Part shown: positions 10,477 to 20,488 of the stretch, one piece after another
Layout: every line of letters begins with the position of its first letter
How positions within the stretch are numbered: the first letter of the stretch is position 1
Source: Sphingorhabdus sp. EL138
GTDB taxonomy: Bacteria > Pseudomonadota > Alphaproteobacteria > Sphingomonadales > Sphingomonadaceae
Length of the DNA: 64,000 nt
Assembly: GCF_945890115.1 (NCBI RefSeq)
Contig: NZ_CAMDCK010000010.1
Location: forward strand, 33,306-97,305
Direction of reading: 5' to 3'
The notes under the pieces: generated by a model
What the model was told of the DNA's origin: nothing
The model's database searches: none
The model's input: the letters and a program-made list of their open reading frames with translations, nothing else
Made by a program: the position numbers and the translations under genes

Positions 10477-10956
10477 TTAGTCAGTTGGGCCAAGCATGCC
10501 ATGCGTTGGCAAGGCAACCTTTTGGACATTGCGCAGCAGCAAACGCCGTGGTTCCCAAGGTCCGGGCAAGGTCCAGCCAGATGTGCCCTTGGCTTCAAAA
10601 CCAAAACGGCCATAATATTCCGGATCCCCAATCATCACCATTGGCGCATCCTGCGGCGTTGCGGCATTGAGCATCAATTGCATCAATTCTGTGCCAAGCC
10701 TTTCATTCTGGCGGTGGCTGGCGACCGCCACTGGCCCGACCAAGATCAGATCGGCCATTCCAACGCGCACTGGCCAACATTGAATGCTCGCCATCAGTGT
10801 ACCATCGTCCAAAATCCCAAAGGACAGATGGTCAATGGCGGTCATGCCTTTGCGCAGCAAATAGGCCGTGCGCATATGCCGGTCCGTCCCAAACGCATCA
10901 TCGAGTAAAGCGTTCAACGCATCTGCGGCTATGCCTGAAAGGGGGGTATTATGCAT
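10477..10956 (-). CDS. GNAT family N-acetyltransferase
   Basis: 159 aa. The core VGPVAVASHRQNERLGTELM matches the acetyl-CoA binding motif pattern (R/Q-x-x-G-x-G/A). Confidence 0.8.
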   Translation of the reverse strand: MHNTPLSGIAADALNALLDDAFGTDRHMRTAYLLRKGMTAIDHLSFGILDDGTLMASIQCWPVRVGMADLILVGPVAVASHRQNERLGTELMQLMLNAATPQDAPMVMIGDPEYYGRFGFEAKGTSGWTLPGPWEPRRLLLRNVQKVALPTHGMLGPTD

Positions 10957-11099
10957 ATTGAACTGGCCGAGAATGGGACTTATTAGCGGCGTCCCCTGTC
11001 ATTGCGGGCGATGTTTGTCCAATCGAATATCATGTTGCCGACAATAAAGCCGGGGTAAATTGCCTTTCAACGGAACTTCCATTAACAACTGTCGCTTAG

Positions 11100-11972
11100 A
11101 TGGTTTCGTCACGCAGGAGAGAGAATTTGACCGATCAGCAAACGCCCCATGCGGCAACAGACGCCACATCGTCACATGCTTCGGTGCAACCGCGTACCCA
11201 AAAAGATATATTTGGCTATCTGGTTTTGATTGCAGGCGTTGGTGCTTTGGTCTGGGGCGCGGTTGCGGCGGTTGGCACAGCTTGGGATTTTTGGGCATAT
11301 ACATCGGGGCTGAAGGGTGTTGCGGGGGCCTTTCTTTTGGGGATAGCCGCCCTTTTGATTGGTCTTGTGCAAGAGTGGCGCGTGCGTAAATCCACCACCC
11401 CACCCCTGCGCGCACGGCGCTGGGTCGGGATGCTGGTTGCTTTAGTCTATGTAGGCTGGGTCGGAACATTCCTTGTGAAGGCGCTAACTGTGCCTGCTAT
11501 TCATGACATATCGACTGACCTTGCGGATCCTCCGGCCTTTCAGACATTGCAAATGCGCGCCGATAATCTTGATAATGTTCCCGGTGCGGACGATGCGAAA
11601 ATGCGCGGCCTGACGCCGGAGCAACGTTGGGCCATGGTGCATCAAAAAGCCTATGGCGATATCCGTTCGGTGCGCGTGAACGAACCGGTGGCGACAGTGA
11701 TTGCCAAGGCGGAGCGTCTGGCCAAAGCGCGTGGCTGGGATGTCGCTATGTCCTTGCCCGAAGAGGGGCGTTTGGAAGCGACTGAAACCAGCGCGTTTTT
11801 TCAATTTAAGGATGATGTCATATTGCGCGTCCGTCCTTCGGACACGGGCGCGGGGAGCATTGTCGATATGCGCTCCGTCAGCCGCGTCGGACAAAGCGAC
11901 TTGGGCATGAATGCCAAGCGCGTCCGGTCTTTTCTCGCCGATCTAACCGGAACAGTAACGGCGGCGCGTTAA
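11100..11972 (+). CDS. DUF1499 family membrane protein
   Basis: N-terminal TM helices. The C-terminal segment VRPSDTGAGSIVDMRSVSRVGQSDLGMNAKRVRSFL is typical of DUF1499. The start is uncertain: TTG 11127 sits 7 nt after AGGAG (11115-11119) and is a good alternative. Confidence 0.7.
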   Translation: MVSSRRRENLTDQQTPHAATDATSSHASVQPRTQKDIFGYLVLIAGVGALVWGAVAAVGTAWDFWAYTSGLKGVAGAFLLGIAALLIGLVQEWRVRKSTTPPLRARRWVGMLVALVYVGWVGTFLVKALTVPAIHDISTDLADPPAFQTLQMRADNLDNVPGADDAKMRGLTPEQRWAMVHQKAYGDIRSVRVNEPVATVIAKAERLAKARGWDVAMSLPEEGRLEATETSAFFQFKDDVILRVRPSDTGAGSIVDMRSVSRVGQSDLGMNAKRVRSFLADLTGTVTAAR

Positions 11973-11982
11973 AGCGCCGCCG
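11959..11982. terminator. GC hairpin between the convergent DUF1499 and dehydrogenase genes
   Basis: 9-bp stem (11959-11967 paired with 11974-11982) spanning the DUF1499 stop codon. No clear U-run on either side. Confidence 0.45.
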
Positions 11983-11991
11983 CCAGTTGTG

Positions 11992-13125
11992 TTACTTCTT
12001 GGGGGTCAGCTTCAACAAGCGGCCCTTTGAGCCCGCACGTTCGTCTTCAAGCAGCCAGATAGCGCCATCAGGACCCTGTTCGACTTCGCGGATCCGCGCG
12101 CCCATGTCCCATTGGTCTGCCTTAGTAGCCTTTTCGCCGTCCAGCTTCACGCGCACCAAAGCCTTTGCACCAAGGCCGCCAATAAATGCGCTGCCTTTCC
12201 AAGCTTTGAACATGTCGCCAGAATAAATCATCAGGCCGCCCGGAGAAATGGCGGGGTTCCATGAAACCTTCGGCGCTTCAAAACCATCGCCTGCCATATG
12301 GTCAGGAATGTTTCGGCCGTCATAATGATCGCCATTGGATACGGTCGGATAGCCGTAATTGGCGGCCTTTTTGACAAGGTTTAACTCATCACCGCCAGCG
12401 GGGCCCATTTCTTGGTTCCACAAACGGCCCTTTGCATCAAAGGCAATGCCAAGCGGATTACGATGTCCGTAAGACCAGATTTGCGACTGTACACGGCCTT
12501 GGTCATAAAAGGGGTTGTCCGATGGGACCATGCCGCTGTCGGTCAAGCGCACAATTTTACCGAGATTTTGGTTGAGATCCTGTGCAGGGTCGAACTTCTG
12601 CCGCTCGCCGCTGCTGATATACAACATGCCGTCCGGACCGAAGGCGAGGCGATGACCATAATGGCCTTGGCCGGACACTTTAGGCTCCTGACGCCAAATG
12701 ATTTGAACGTCAGTCAGCATCGGCTTTGTGCTTGAGAGGTTCAGCCTGCCTCTGACCACTGCTGCGCCAAAACCACCTTCGCCGGCCTCGGCAAAGCTGA
12801 GATAGACAAATTTGTTATTGGCAAAGTCTGGGTGGAGGATCACATCACCAAGTCCGCCTTGACCACCATAAGCAACTGCGGGAACGCCTTCGACATCGAC
12901 AATGGGGCCTTCATTCTGCCACAGCTTGAGCTTTCCCTTCTTCTCGGTCACGAGCGCATAAGGCGTTCCGGGGACGAATGTCATGGCCCAAGGTTCTTCG
13001 AAATCTGCAACGACAGCGGTGTCAAATGGCACAGCGCTGGTGTCTGTAGGGGCGGCATCACTGACCGAAGGCTGGCAGGCGGCGGCCAGAAAGGATGCGC
13101 CTATCAGGAAAGACAATTTTGACAT
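11992..13125 (-). CDS. PQQ-dependent sugar (glucose/sorbosone) dehydrogenase, lipoprotein
   Basis: Beta-propeller sGDH-like sequence (GLGDVILHPDF, HYGHRLAFGPDGMLYIS, WSYGHRNPLG). The start is placed at MSKLSFLIGASFLAAAC (lipobox). The track ORF extends to 13197. Confidence 0.85.
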   Translation of the reverse strand: MSKLSFLIGASFLAAACQPSVSDAAPTDTSAVPFDTAVVADFEEPWAMTFVPGTPYALVTEKKGKLKLWQNEGPIVDVEGVPAVAYGGQGGLGDVILHPDFANNKFVYLSFAEAGEGGFGAAVVRGRLNLSSTKPMLTDVQIIWRQEPKVSGQGHYGHRLAFGPDGMLYISSGERQKFDPAQDLNQNLGKIVRLTDSGMVPSDNPFYDQGRVQSQIWSYGHRNPLGIAFDAKGRLWNQEMGPAGGDELNLVKKAANYGYPTVSNGDHYDGRNIPDHMAGDGFEAPKVSWNPAISPGGLMIYSGDMFKAWKGSAFIGGLGAKALVRVKLDGEKATKADQWDMGARIREVEQGPDGAIWLLEDERAGSKGRLLKLTPKK

Positions 13126-13312
13126 GATCCAAAGCTCCAATTTATAATTGCCCCAATCAATTGGTGGGTGAGGGCGCGATGTGCAAGACACTTGCATATG
13201 AAAGTTTTCGAAGCTATAGGAGCGACATCCTTACATTGTGAGAATTTGGAAGGGCTGGCGCCACTGGGGCCGGCGCAGAATATCATTGCATGTCGAATAA
13301 GAAAGTCTGATT

Positions 13313-13873
13313 TTGCCTGATCTGGATAAGCTGAGCAATTTGATTGCGCCCGAGGCGGAGGCGCTTGGCTTTGCCTTGGTCCGCGTTGCGTGGTTTTCCA
13401 ACGGCGCGCAGGGTAGTGACGAGCCGACCTTGCAAGTGATGGCCGAACGTCCTGAGACACGGCAGCTCAACATTTATGATTGTGCTGCGCTCTCGCACCG
13501 CATCTCCGATCTGTTTGACGAACTTGACCCCATATTAGAGGCTTATCGCCTTGAAGTCAGTTCGCCCGGGATTGACCGGCCATTGACGCGTCTTGCCGAT
13601 TTTTCCGATTGGATAGGGCATGAGGCCAAGATCGAACTGAGCGAGCCGATGGATGGCCGCAAGAATATGCGCGGTGACCTTGCCGGAGTCGATGGCGAAA
13701 ATATTCATGTCGATGACCGCAAGGCAGGTCGCCTTACCTTCCCATTTTCCGCACTTGGCCATGCCAAGCTGCTCTTGACAGACCGCCTGATTGCGTCGAC
13801 TGCCCCCATCAACAGCGATGGGGCGGACGAAGTCGAGGCTGAACCCATTCACGACGAAGCACAGGAAGACTAG
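13313..13873 (+). CDS. rimP: Ribosome maturation factor RimP
   Basis: 186 aa with a TTG start. Contains LEVSSPGIDRPL and sits immediately upstream of nusA. Confidence 0.9.
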   Translation: MPDLDKLSNLIAPEAEALGFALVRVAWFSNGAQGSDEPTLQVMAERPETRQLNIYDCAALSHRISDLFDELDPILEAYRLEVSSPGIDRPLTRLADFSDWIGHEAKIELSEPMDGRKNMRGDLAGVDGENIHVDDRKAGRLTFPFSALGHAKLLLTDRLIASTAPINSDGADEVEAEPIHDEAQED

Positions 13874-13876
13874 AAC

Positions 13877-15487
13877 ATGGCCAGTAGTATTGCCGCCAAC
13901 AAGGCTGAATTGCTTGCAATCGCCAACGCGGTCGCCACCGAAAAGATGATCGACAAGTCGATTGTTATTGAAGCGCTTGAAGAAGCTATTCAGCGTGCTG
14001 CTCGGGCGCGTTATGGAGCCGAAAATGACATCCGTGCTAAGCTCGATACCCAAACCGGTGACTTGCGCCTGTGGCGCGTTGTGGAAGTTGTCGAAGATGT
14101 CGAGGATTATTTTAAGCAAGTCGACCTGAAGCAGGCGGATAAGCTGCAAAAGGGCGCCGTTGTCGGCGATTTCATCGTTGATCCGCTTCCCGCTGTGGAT
14201 TTGGGTCGTATTGACGCGCAGTCCGCCAAGCAGGTCATCTTTCAAAAGGTGCGCGATGCAGAACGTGAGCGCCAGTTTGAAGAGTTTAAGGACCGCACCG
14301 GTGAAATCATCACAGGCGTCGTAAAGTCGGTTGAATTTGGTCATGTCGTCGTTGATCTTGGTCGCGCAGAAGGCGTTATTCGCCGCGATCAGCAAATCCC
14401 GCGCGAAGTCGTCCGCAGCGGAGACCGCGTCCGCGCGCTTATCATGAAGGTGCAGCGTGAAAATCGCGGGCCACAGATATTGTTGAGCCGTGCGCATCCC
14501 GATTTCATGAAGAAATTATTCGCGCAAGAAGTGCCCGAAATCTATGACGGTGTCATCGAAATCAAGGCTGCTGCCCGTGACCCGGGCAGCCGTGCCAAGA
14601 TTGGCGTCATCAGCTATGACAGCAGCATTGACCCCGTCGGCGCCTGCGTCGGCATGAAGGGTAGCCGCGTTCAGGCCGTCGTGCAGGAAATGCAGGGCGA
14701 AAAGATCGACATCATTCCATGGTCCGAAGATACTGCGACATTCATCGTGAACGCGCTTCAGCCAGCAACGGTCAGCCGCGTTGTCATCGACGAAGAAGAG
14801 GGCCGGATTGAAGTTGTCGTTCCTGACGATCAATTGAGCCTCGCCATTGGCCGCCGCGGACAGAATGTCCGTTTGGCCTCGCAGCTTACGGGTCGTGGCA
14901 TCGACATCATGACTGAAGCGGAATCGAGCGAGAAGCGTCAGAAGGAATTTGTCGAGCGTTCCGAAATGTTCCAGCTAGAGCTGGATGTGGACGAAACGCT
15001 TGCGCAATTGCTGGTCGCCGAAGGCTTTAGCGAATTGGAAGAAGTCGCATATGTCGATTCTGCCGAAATCGCCGCCATCGAAGGCTTTGATGACGGTTTG
15101 GCCGAAGAACTACAGAGCCGCGCACAAGAAGCGCTGGATCGCCGCGAAGAGGCAAACCGGACCGAGCGCCGCGCGCTTGGTGTTGAAGATGCCGTCGCTG
15201 AATTGCCCATTTTGACCGAAGCGATGTTGGTCGTTCTGGGTAAAGCGGGCATCAAGACGCTTGACGATTTGGCGGACCTTGCCACCGATGAATTGATCCA
15301 GAAAGCGCGTGAGCCGCGTCGCAATGAGCGGAGCGATCGCGAAGTGCGGCGCAACCGTACCGAAGATAAGGCCGGCATATTGGCGACCTTTGGCTTGTCC
15401 GAAGAGCAGGGTAACGAAATTATCATGGCTGCTCGCGCGCATTGGTTCGAAGAGGAGGACGCGGTTGCAGCGGACGACTCTCAATGA
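13877..15487 (+). CDS. nusA: Transcription termination/antitermination factor NusA
   Basis: 536 aa with S1, KH and C-terminal acidic repeat regions. Confidence 0.97.
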   Translation: MASSIAANKAELLAIANAVATEKMIDKSIVIEALEEAIQRAARARYGAENDIRAKLDTQTGDLRLWRVVEVVEDVEDYFKQVDLKQADKLQKGAVVGDFIVDPLPAVDLGRIDAQSAKQVIFQKVRDAERERQFEEFKDRTGEIITGVVKSVEFGHVVVDLGRAEGVIRRDQQIPREVVRSGDRVRALIMKVQRENRGPQILLSRAHPDFMKKLFAQEVPEIYDGVIEIKAAARDPGSRAKIGVISYDSSIDPVGACVGMKGSRVQAVVQEMQGEKIDIIPWSEDTATFIVNALQPATVSRVVIDEEEGRIEVVVPDDQLSLAIGRRGQNVRLASQLTGRGIDIMTEAESSEKRQKEFVERSEMFQLELDVDETLAQLLVAEGFSELEEVAYVDSAEIAAIEGFDDGLAEELQSRAQEALDRREEANRTERRALGVEDAVAELPILTEAMLVVLGKAGIKTLDDLADLATDELIQKAREPRRNERSDREVRRNRTEDKAGILATFGLSEEQGNEIIMAARAHWFEEEDAVAADDSQ

Positions 15488-16175
15488 GAACCGACACTCC
15501 CCAATAAGGAAGTGTATATTGTCAGGTGAGCATGGGACACGCGCCCAGCTCATCAGGCTTGCGCTCGGCCCCGATGGTAGTATCGCACCTGACCTATTCG
15601 CAAAAGCGCCCGGTCGCGGCGCGTGGATTGGCGTTTCTAGTGCAGAATTGTCCAAGGCTCTGGCCAAGGGCAAGCTCGCCGGATTGCTGCGTCGGGCGTT
15701 CAAAACGGACAAGATTGATATCATCGATGACCTGACGGGCCGCATTGATCGCGGCTTGGAAAAGGCGTTTCTGGACCGGCTCGGCTTGGAAGCGCGGGCA
15801 GGGCATCTTATCTTGGGTGCCGAGAAGATCGATTCCGCGTCACGCAGTGGACAGGTGAAGCTGTTGCTGCATGCATCGGATGCAAGCGCCGATGGTAGCG
15901 GTAAACGCGACCAAGCATGGCGGGTTGGCGAAGACGCAGAGGGCACTGGAAAAGGTGGCGTGAAGCTGCCTGTGGACCGAGATGCCTTATCGGCAGCGCT
16001 TGGACGGCAAAATGCTGTGCACGTTGCATTGATTAACCAAAAAGCGGCGGAGCGGGTGATGCATCATCTTGGACGCTGGCTAAATTTCAAAGGATGCAGT
16101 ACTGCGCCATTCGATTCCGCTGCTTCGGCTGCGGACTTGCGGGGCAATAACGCTGACATCTCCGCAATTGACTGA
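15465..16175 (+). CDS. YlxR/DUF448-type RNA-binding protein with L7Ae-like C-terminal part
   Basis: RKCILSGEHG...GRGAWI motif, located between nusA and infB. The start is uncertain: TTG 15465 is proposed, while the track ORF begins at 15309 inside nusA. Confidence 0.72.
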   Translation: MQRTTLNENRHSPIRKCILSGEHGTRAQLIRLALGPDGSIAPDLFAKAPGRGAWIGVSSAELSKALAKGKLAGLLRRAFKTDKIDIIDDLTGRIDRGLEKAFLDRLGLEARAGHLILGAEKIDSASRSGQVKLLLHASDASADGSGKRDQAWRVGEDAEGTGKGGVKLPVDRDALSAALGRQNAVHVALINQKAAERVMHHLGRWLNFKGCSTAPFDSAASAADLRGNNADISAID

Positions 16176-16196
16176 GTAAGGACGGGTTCTGTTTCG

Positions 16197-18749
16197 ATGA
16201 GTGATGAAAATGATAATAAGCCGACTTTGACGCGCAAGCCGCTCACTTTGAGCCGCTCGCTTGAGTCAGGCGAAGTGAAACAGACCTTCAGCCATGGCCG
16301 CACCAACAAGGTTGTGGTTGAGGTGAAGCGTAAAAAGCTTGTTGGTAAGCCCGGTTATGTACCTGAGCCCGAAGTGGCTGCACCCCCGCCACCGCCGCCG
16401 CCCGCAGCGGCGCCAGTAACTGCGGCGCCTGCACCTGCGGCCGCGCCAGAACCAAAGCCACGCCCCACGGGCAATGACATGCTCAGCCGTCAGGAGCGTC
16501 AGGCAAAGCTGTTGCGTGAGGCCGAAGAGGCACGCTTGGCTATGCTCGAGGAAAGCAGCCGCCGTGAAGCGGAGCAACGCGCACAGCGCGCCGAAGAAGA
16601 GCGCCACCGCGCCCAATCTAACCGTGAGGAAGCGGCTGCATCGCCGCCGCCACCGCCTGCAGCCCCCGTTGAGGCAGTCGTTCCGGCGGCAACCGATGCG
16701 GACGAACCCGTTGCGGAAGAAAGTAATACAGACGATGCCGCGCCTGCGCCGCGTCGCTTTACACCCGTAGAAGCACCCAAGCGCCCAGAGCGCGAGCGTG
16801 AAGAAATCAAAAAGGCTCCACACCGCCCAACGCGTGGTGCAGCCGATGACCGCCGCCAATCTGGCAAGCTCACCGTTACGCGCGCACTTGAGGGTGATGA
16901 CGGCGCGCGCGCTCGATCACTGGCCGCGCTGAAACGTGCGCGTGAGAAAGAAAAGCGTCTGCATGGTGGCGGTAGTCGTCAGGCACAGGTTAAGCAAACC
17001 CGCGACGTGGTTGTGCCGGAAACCATCACGGTGCAAGAACTTGCCAACCGTATGGCGGAAAAAGGCAGCGATCTGGTAAAGGCATTGTTCAAAATGGGCA
17101 TGCCTATCACGATCAACGAAACCATTGACCAAGACACGGCAGAATTGCTGGTCGAAGAGTTTGGCCACAACATCACCCGTGTGTCGGATGCCGACGTCGA
17201 CATTTTCCATGATGACGATGTAGACGGCGCCGAAACCATGAAGCCGCGTCCACCGGTCGTGACCGTCATGGGCCATGTCGACCATGGTAAGACGTCCTTG
17301 CTGGATGCCTTGCGCGGTGCGAATGTCGTATCGGGCGAAGCTGGTGGCATAACGCAGCATATCGGCGCATATCAGGTAAAGGCAAAGGATGGCTCGGTCA
17401 TCACCTTCCTCGATACACCGGGCCATGAAGCCTTCACGCAAATGCGTCAGCGCGGCGCGTCGGTAACCGACATCGTCATTCTGGTGGTGGCCGCCGATGA
17501 CGGCCTGATGCCGCAGACGATTGAAGCCATTAAGCATGCCAAGGCCGCAAATGTGCCTATGATCGTTGCGATCAACAAGATCGATAAGGAAGGCGCAAAT
17601 CCACAAAAGGTGCGCGAGCGTTTGCTGGAGCATGAGGTCGTAGTCGAAGCTATGGGCGGCGACGTTCAGGACGTTGAGGTTTCAGCGTTGAAGAAGACGG
17701 GTCTTGATACTTTGCTTGAAAAGCTTGCATTGCAGGCCGAAGTCATGGAGCTGAAAGCCAATCCAAACCGCGCCGCAGAAGCCGTTGTGGTCGAAGCGCA
17801 GCTCGATAAGGGGCGCGGTGCTGTCGCAACTGTGCTGGTGAAGCGCGGAACGCTGAAGCGCGGAGATATTTTTGTTGTCGGCGCGCAAAGCGGTAAAGTC
17901 CGTGCCTTGGTCAACGAAAAGGGACAGCAAGTGGCCGAGGCTGGCCCCGCAACCCCCGTCGAAGTGCTTGGCCTGACGGGTGTTCCATCGGCAGGCGACG
18001 TTCTGACCGTCGTTGAAAATGAAGCGCGCGCCCGTGAAGTTGCCTTGTACCGCAAGGAACAATCGACCAAGGTCCGCACGGCCCAAGTCACGCCAAATCT
18101 TGAAAATCTGTTTGATAACCTGTCCGCCACACGCGCGATGGAATATCCAGTGGTCATCAAGGGCGATGTGCAAGGTTCGGTCGAAGCGATCGTTACCGCG
18201 CTCAACAATATCTCGACCGACGACATCAAGGTCCGCGTATTACTGGCGGGCGTTGGCGGCATCACCGAATCCGACATGTTGCTGGCGGCGGCGTCTAATG
18301 CGCCACTTATAGGTTTCAACGTGCGTCCCAATGCCAAGGCTGCGGCTTTGGCGAAGCGTGACCGGGTGCGTTTGAAGTATTTCGACGTGATCTATCACCT
18401 GACCGCCGACATCGCCAAAGAAATGGCGGGCGAATTGGGACCAGAAATCATCGAAACCGTTGTTGGACGCGCCGAGGTCAAGGATGTGTTCAAGTCCGGC
18501 AAACGCGACAAGGCGGCTGGTCTGTTGGTTACCGAAGGGACAATCAAAAAGGGTCTATACGCCCGTCTTACCCGCGAAGATGTCATCGTATCGAAAACCA
18601 CAATCGCATCGCTCCGCCGTTTCAAGGACAATGTCGACGAAGTCCGCGCCGGTATGGAATGTGGCGTCGTCTTGGCAGACACCAACGATGTGAAGGCGGG
18701 CGATATGCTGGAAGTCTTCGAGGTCGAGGAGCGTGAACGGACGTTGTGA
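16197..18749 (+). CDS. infB: Translation initiation factor IF-2
   Basis: 850 aa. Pro/Ala-rich N-terminal region and a GTPase domain ([24 protein letters not shown]). Confidence 0.97.
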   Translation: MSDENDNKPTLTRKPLTLSRSLESGEVKQTFSHGRTNKVVVEVKRKKLVGKPGYVPEPEVAAPPPPPPPAAAPVTAAPAPAAAPEPKPRPTGNDMLSRQERQAKLLREAEEARLAMLEESSRREAEQRAQRAEEERHRAQSNREEAAASPPPPPAAPVEAVVPAATDADEPVAEESNTDDAAPAPRRFTPVEAPKRPEREREEIKKAPHRPTRGAADDRRQSGKLTVTRALEGDDGARARSLAALKRAREKEKRLHGGGSRQAQVKQTRDVVVPETITVQELANRMAEKGSDLVKALFKMGMPITINETIDQDTAELLVEEFGHNITRVSDADVDIFHDDDVDGAETMKPRPPVVTVMGHVDHGKTSLLDALRGANVVSGEAGGITQHIGAYQVKAKDGSVITFLDTPGHEAFTQMRQRGASVTDIVILVVAADDGLMPQTIEAIKHAKAANVPMIVAINKIDKEGANPQKVRERLLEHEVVVEAMGGDVQDVEVSALKKTGLDTLLEKLALQAEVMELKANPNRAAEAVVVEAQLDKGRGAVATVLVKRGTLKRGDIFVVGAQSGKVRALVNEKGQQVAEAGPATPVEVLGLTGVPSAGDVLTVVENEARAREVALYRKEQSTKVRTAQVTPNLENLFDNLSATRAMEYPVVIKGDVQGSVEAIVTALNNISTDDIKVRVLLAGVGGITESDMLLAAASNAPLIGFNVRPNAKAAALAKRDRVRLKYFDVIYHLTADIAKEMAGELGPEIIETVVGRAEVKDVFKSGKRDKAAGLLVTEGTIKKGLYARLTREDVIVSKTTIASLRRFKDNVDEVRAGMECGVVLADTNDVKAGDMLEVFEVEERERTL

Positions 18750-18793
18750 TTTAGGTGGTCTTGACCCTAAATCGGTCCTGAACGGGGAATATC

Positions 18794-19198
18794 ATGGCTA
18801 AACATAACGACACGGGCCCCGAAGGCCGCTCGGTCCGCCTGCTGCGCGTGGGTGAGCAATTCCGGCATATATTGTCCGAATTGCTCGCGCGCGATGAAGT
18901 GCATGATGATGTCCTCAACAGCCACAGCGTAAGCGTGACCGAAGTGCGTATGTCCCCGGATCTGCGCCATGCAACGGCTTTCATTAAACCGCTATTGGGT
19001 GCAAATGAAGAAAAGGTGCTTAAGGCCCTGCGCACCAACACTGCCTTTTTTCAAAAGGAAGTCGCGTCGCGGGTGAGCATGAAATATGCGGCGAAGTTGA
19101 AGTTCCTCGCAGATGACAGTTTTGATCAGGCAACGCATATTGACGGTCTGTTGGCGCAGCCTAAGGTCCAGCAGGACTTGGCCGACAGCGAGGATTGA
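18794..19198 (+). CDS. rbfA: Ribosome-binding factor A
   Basis: 134 aa, typical RbfA sequence, located after infB. Confidence 0.92.
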   Translation: MAKHNDTGPEGRSVRLLRVGEQFRHILSELLARDEVHDDVLNSHSVSVTEVRMSPDLRHATAFIKPLLGANEEKVLKALRTNTAFFQKEVASRVSMKYAAKLKFLADDSFDQATHIDGLLAQPKVQQDLADSED

Positions 19199-19230
19199 CA
19201 GTCGGAAAAGTAAGACGTATCTTACCGACT
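19195..19230 (+). promoter_or_regulatory. Candidate vapBC promoter/operator: TTGACA-N17-TATCTT overlapping the palindrome GTAAGA-cgta-TCTTAC
   Basis: TTGACA is at 19195-19200 and contains the rbfA stop codon. TATCTT is at 19218-19223. The palindrome is at 19210-19225, with outer arms AGTCGG (19200-19205) and CCGACT (19225-19230). The ATG at 19231 has no Shine-Dalgarno sequence. Confidence 0.4.
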
Positions 19231-19509
19231 ATGAGCCAGCAAACTACCGTATCGTCAAAAGGCCAAGTCGTCATACCTAAGGATGTGCGCGATAGGCTAA
19301 AGCTAGTGCCTGGGACTGCCTTGGATATCATCGAATCTGGCGGTGGTATGTTCCTAAAAATAGCTTCTGGTTCCCAAAAGCGCAGTTTTGCCGAATGCGA
19401 CGCGGCCGTCCGTCAAGCCATTCAATATAAAGGGCCTCGCTTTACGGATGAACAGGAAAAGCAGGCCATCGCTGACATGTTCAAAAAATCACCCCAGTTT
19501 GACGATTAA
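19231..19509 (+). CDS. vapB: AbrB/MazE/SpoVT-family antitoxin (VapB-like)
   Basis: MSQQTTVSSKGQVVIPKDVRDRLKL is a SpoVT/AbrB swapped-hairpin motif. The stop overlaps the PIN gene start as TAATG. An alternative TTG start at 19195 would overlap the rbfA stop. Confidence 0.8.
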   Translation: MSQQTTVSSKGQVVIPKDVRDRLKLVPGTALDIIESGGGMFLKIASGSQKRSFAECDAAVRQAIQYKGPRFTDEQEKQAIADMFKKSPQFDD

Positions 19510-19901
19510 TGGACGCTGTCGATACGAACATTCTGGCCAGATATTTTCTGGACGACGACGGCGAACAGTCGCCGCGAGCACGTGCAATATTAATGCACGG
19601 GGCATTTGTTAGCAATTCGGTGATATTGGAAACCGCGTGGCTTTTGCAATCCCGATACAATCAATCGCCAAAGGCGATTTCGTCGGCATTGCTTGCGCTT
19701 ATTGCGATGCCAGACGTTGTTGTGTCTGATCTTGCCCGCCTATCGTGGGCCTTGACACGCTATGCAGACGGCGCGGATGTTGGTGACATGCTTCATTTGG
19801 TTGAAGCGGCGGGTCATGATTGTTTCCTGACCTTTGATCGCAAGTTCGCAAAACAGGCTGGCGATGCGGCGCCCATTCAAGTCAAGGACGCTGGCAAATA
19901 A
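19509..19901 (+). CDS. vapC: PIN-domain ribonuclease toxin (VapC)
   Basis: 130 aa. MDAVDTNILARYF carries the first catalytic Asp, and acidic residues follow downstream. Paired with the upstream antitoxin. Confidence 0.85.
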   Translation: MDAVDTNILARYFLDDDGEQSPRARAILMHGAFVSNSVILETAWLLQSRYNQSPKAISSALLALIAMPDVVVSDLARLSWALTRYADGADVGDMLHLVEAAGHDCFLTFDRKFAKQAGDAAPIQVKDAGK

Positions 19902-20482
19902 TGGCCAAGCTCTATTTCTATTATGCCTCGATGAACGCAGGCAAATCGTCGACCTTGTTGCAAGCGGCATTTAATTATGGCGAGCGCGGCATGAAAGTCA
20001 TGCTCTGGACGGCGGCCATTGATGATCGGCCCGGCTTCGGCGCGATCAGCTCGCGTATCGGCCTCGCAGGCGACGCCAGCCGGTTTGAACCGACGACCGA
20101 TATCGAAAAAGCGGTGCTTGCCCAGCACCATGAAACGCCCTTGGCGTGCGTCTTTATCGACGAAGCGCAGTTTTTAAGTAAGGAACAGGTTTGGCAGGCG
20201 GCGCGCCTGGCCGATGACGCTGGCATTCCCATTGTGTGTTACGGCCTGCGTACGGATTTCCAAGGCGAGTTGTTTCCCGGTTCCGCCGCCTTGCTGGGCA
20301 TAGCAGACAGTCTTGTTGAGCTTAAGGGCGTGTGCGATTGCGGACGCAAGGCGACGATGAACTTGCGCGTGGACGAGTTCGGAAAAGCAGTGGTCGACGG
20401 CGCCCAAACCGAAATTGGTGGGGATGACCGCTACATCGCCATGTGCCGCAAGCATTTTAATGCGGCGCGGGCAGGGCCATAG
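19901..20482 (+). CDS. tdk: Thymidine kinase
   Basis: 193 aa. P-loop MNAGKSS, FIDEAQF, and the C-terminal zinc-ribbon motif CxxC...C. Confidence 0.93.
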   Translation: MAKLYFYYASMNAGKSSTLLQAAFNYGERGMKVMLWTAAIDDRPGFGAISSRIGLAGDASRFEPTTDIEKAVLAQHHETPLACVFIDEAQFLSKEQVWQAARLADDAGIPIVCYGLRTDFQGELFPGSAALLGIADSLVELKGVCDCGRKATMNLRVDEFGKAVVDGAQTEIGGDDRYIAMCRKHFNAARAGP

Positions 20483-20488
20483 GTCAGC

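Noticed and set aside
10999-11469. 156-aa minus-strand ORF overlapping the DUF1499 gene start
   Set aside because: It is Pro/Arg/Gln-rich and low-complexity, and it overlaps the membrane-anchor region of a recognisable plus-strand gene.
13535-14497. 320-aa ORF antisense to nusA. Similar long antisense ORFs lie at 15110..15946, 16917..17633, 27872..28672, 37506..38342, 40088..40957, 48039..48773 and 61201..61881.
   Set aside because: Each lies entirely opposite a confidently identified, conserved gene. Their translations are Arg/His/Cys/Asp-rich with no recognisable motifs. This is the typical stop-codon-poor mirror-frame artefact of GC-rich genomes.
16380-16720. Pro/Ala-rich low-complexity stretch in infB, considered as a repeat or insertion
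   Set aside because: Species-variable low-complexity N-terminal regions are a normal feature of IF-2, and no discrete DNA repeat unit is seen.
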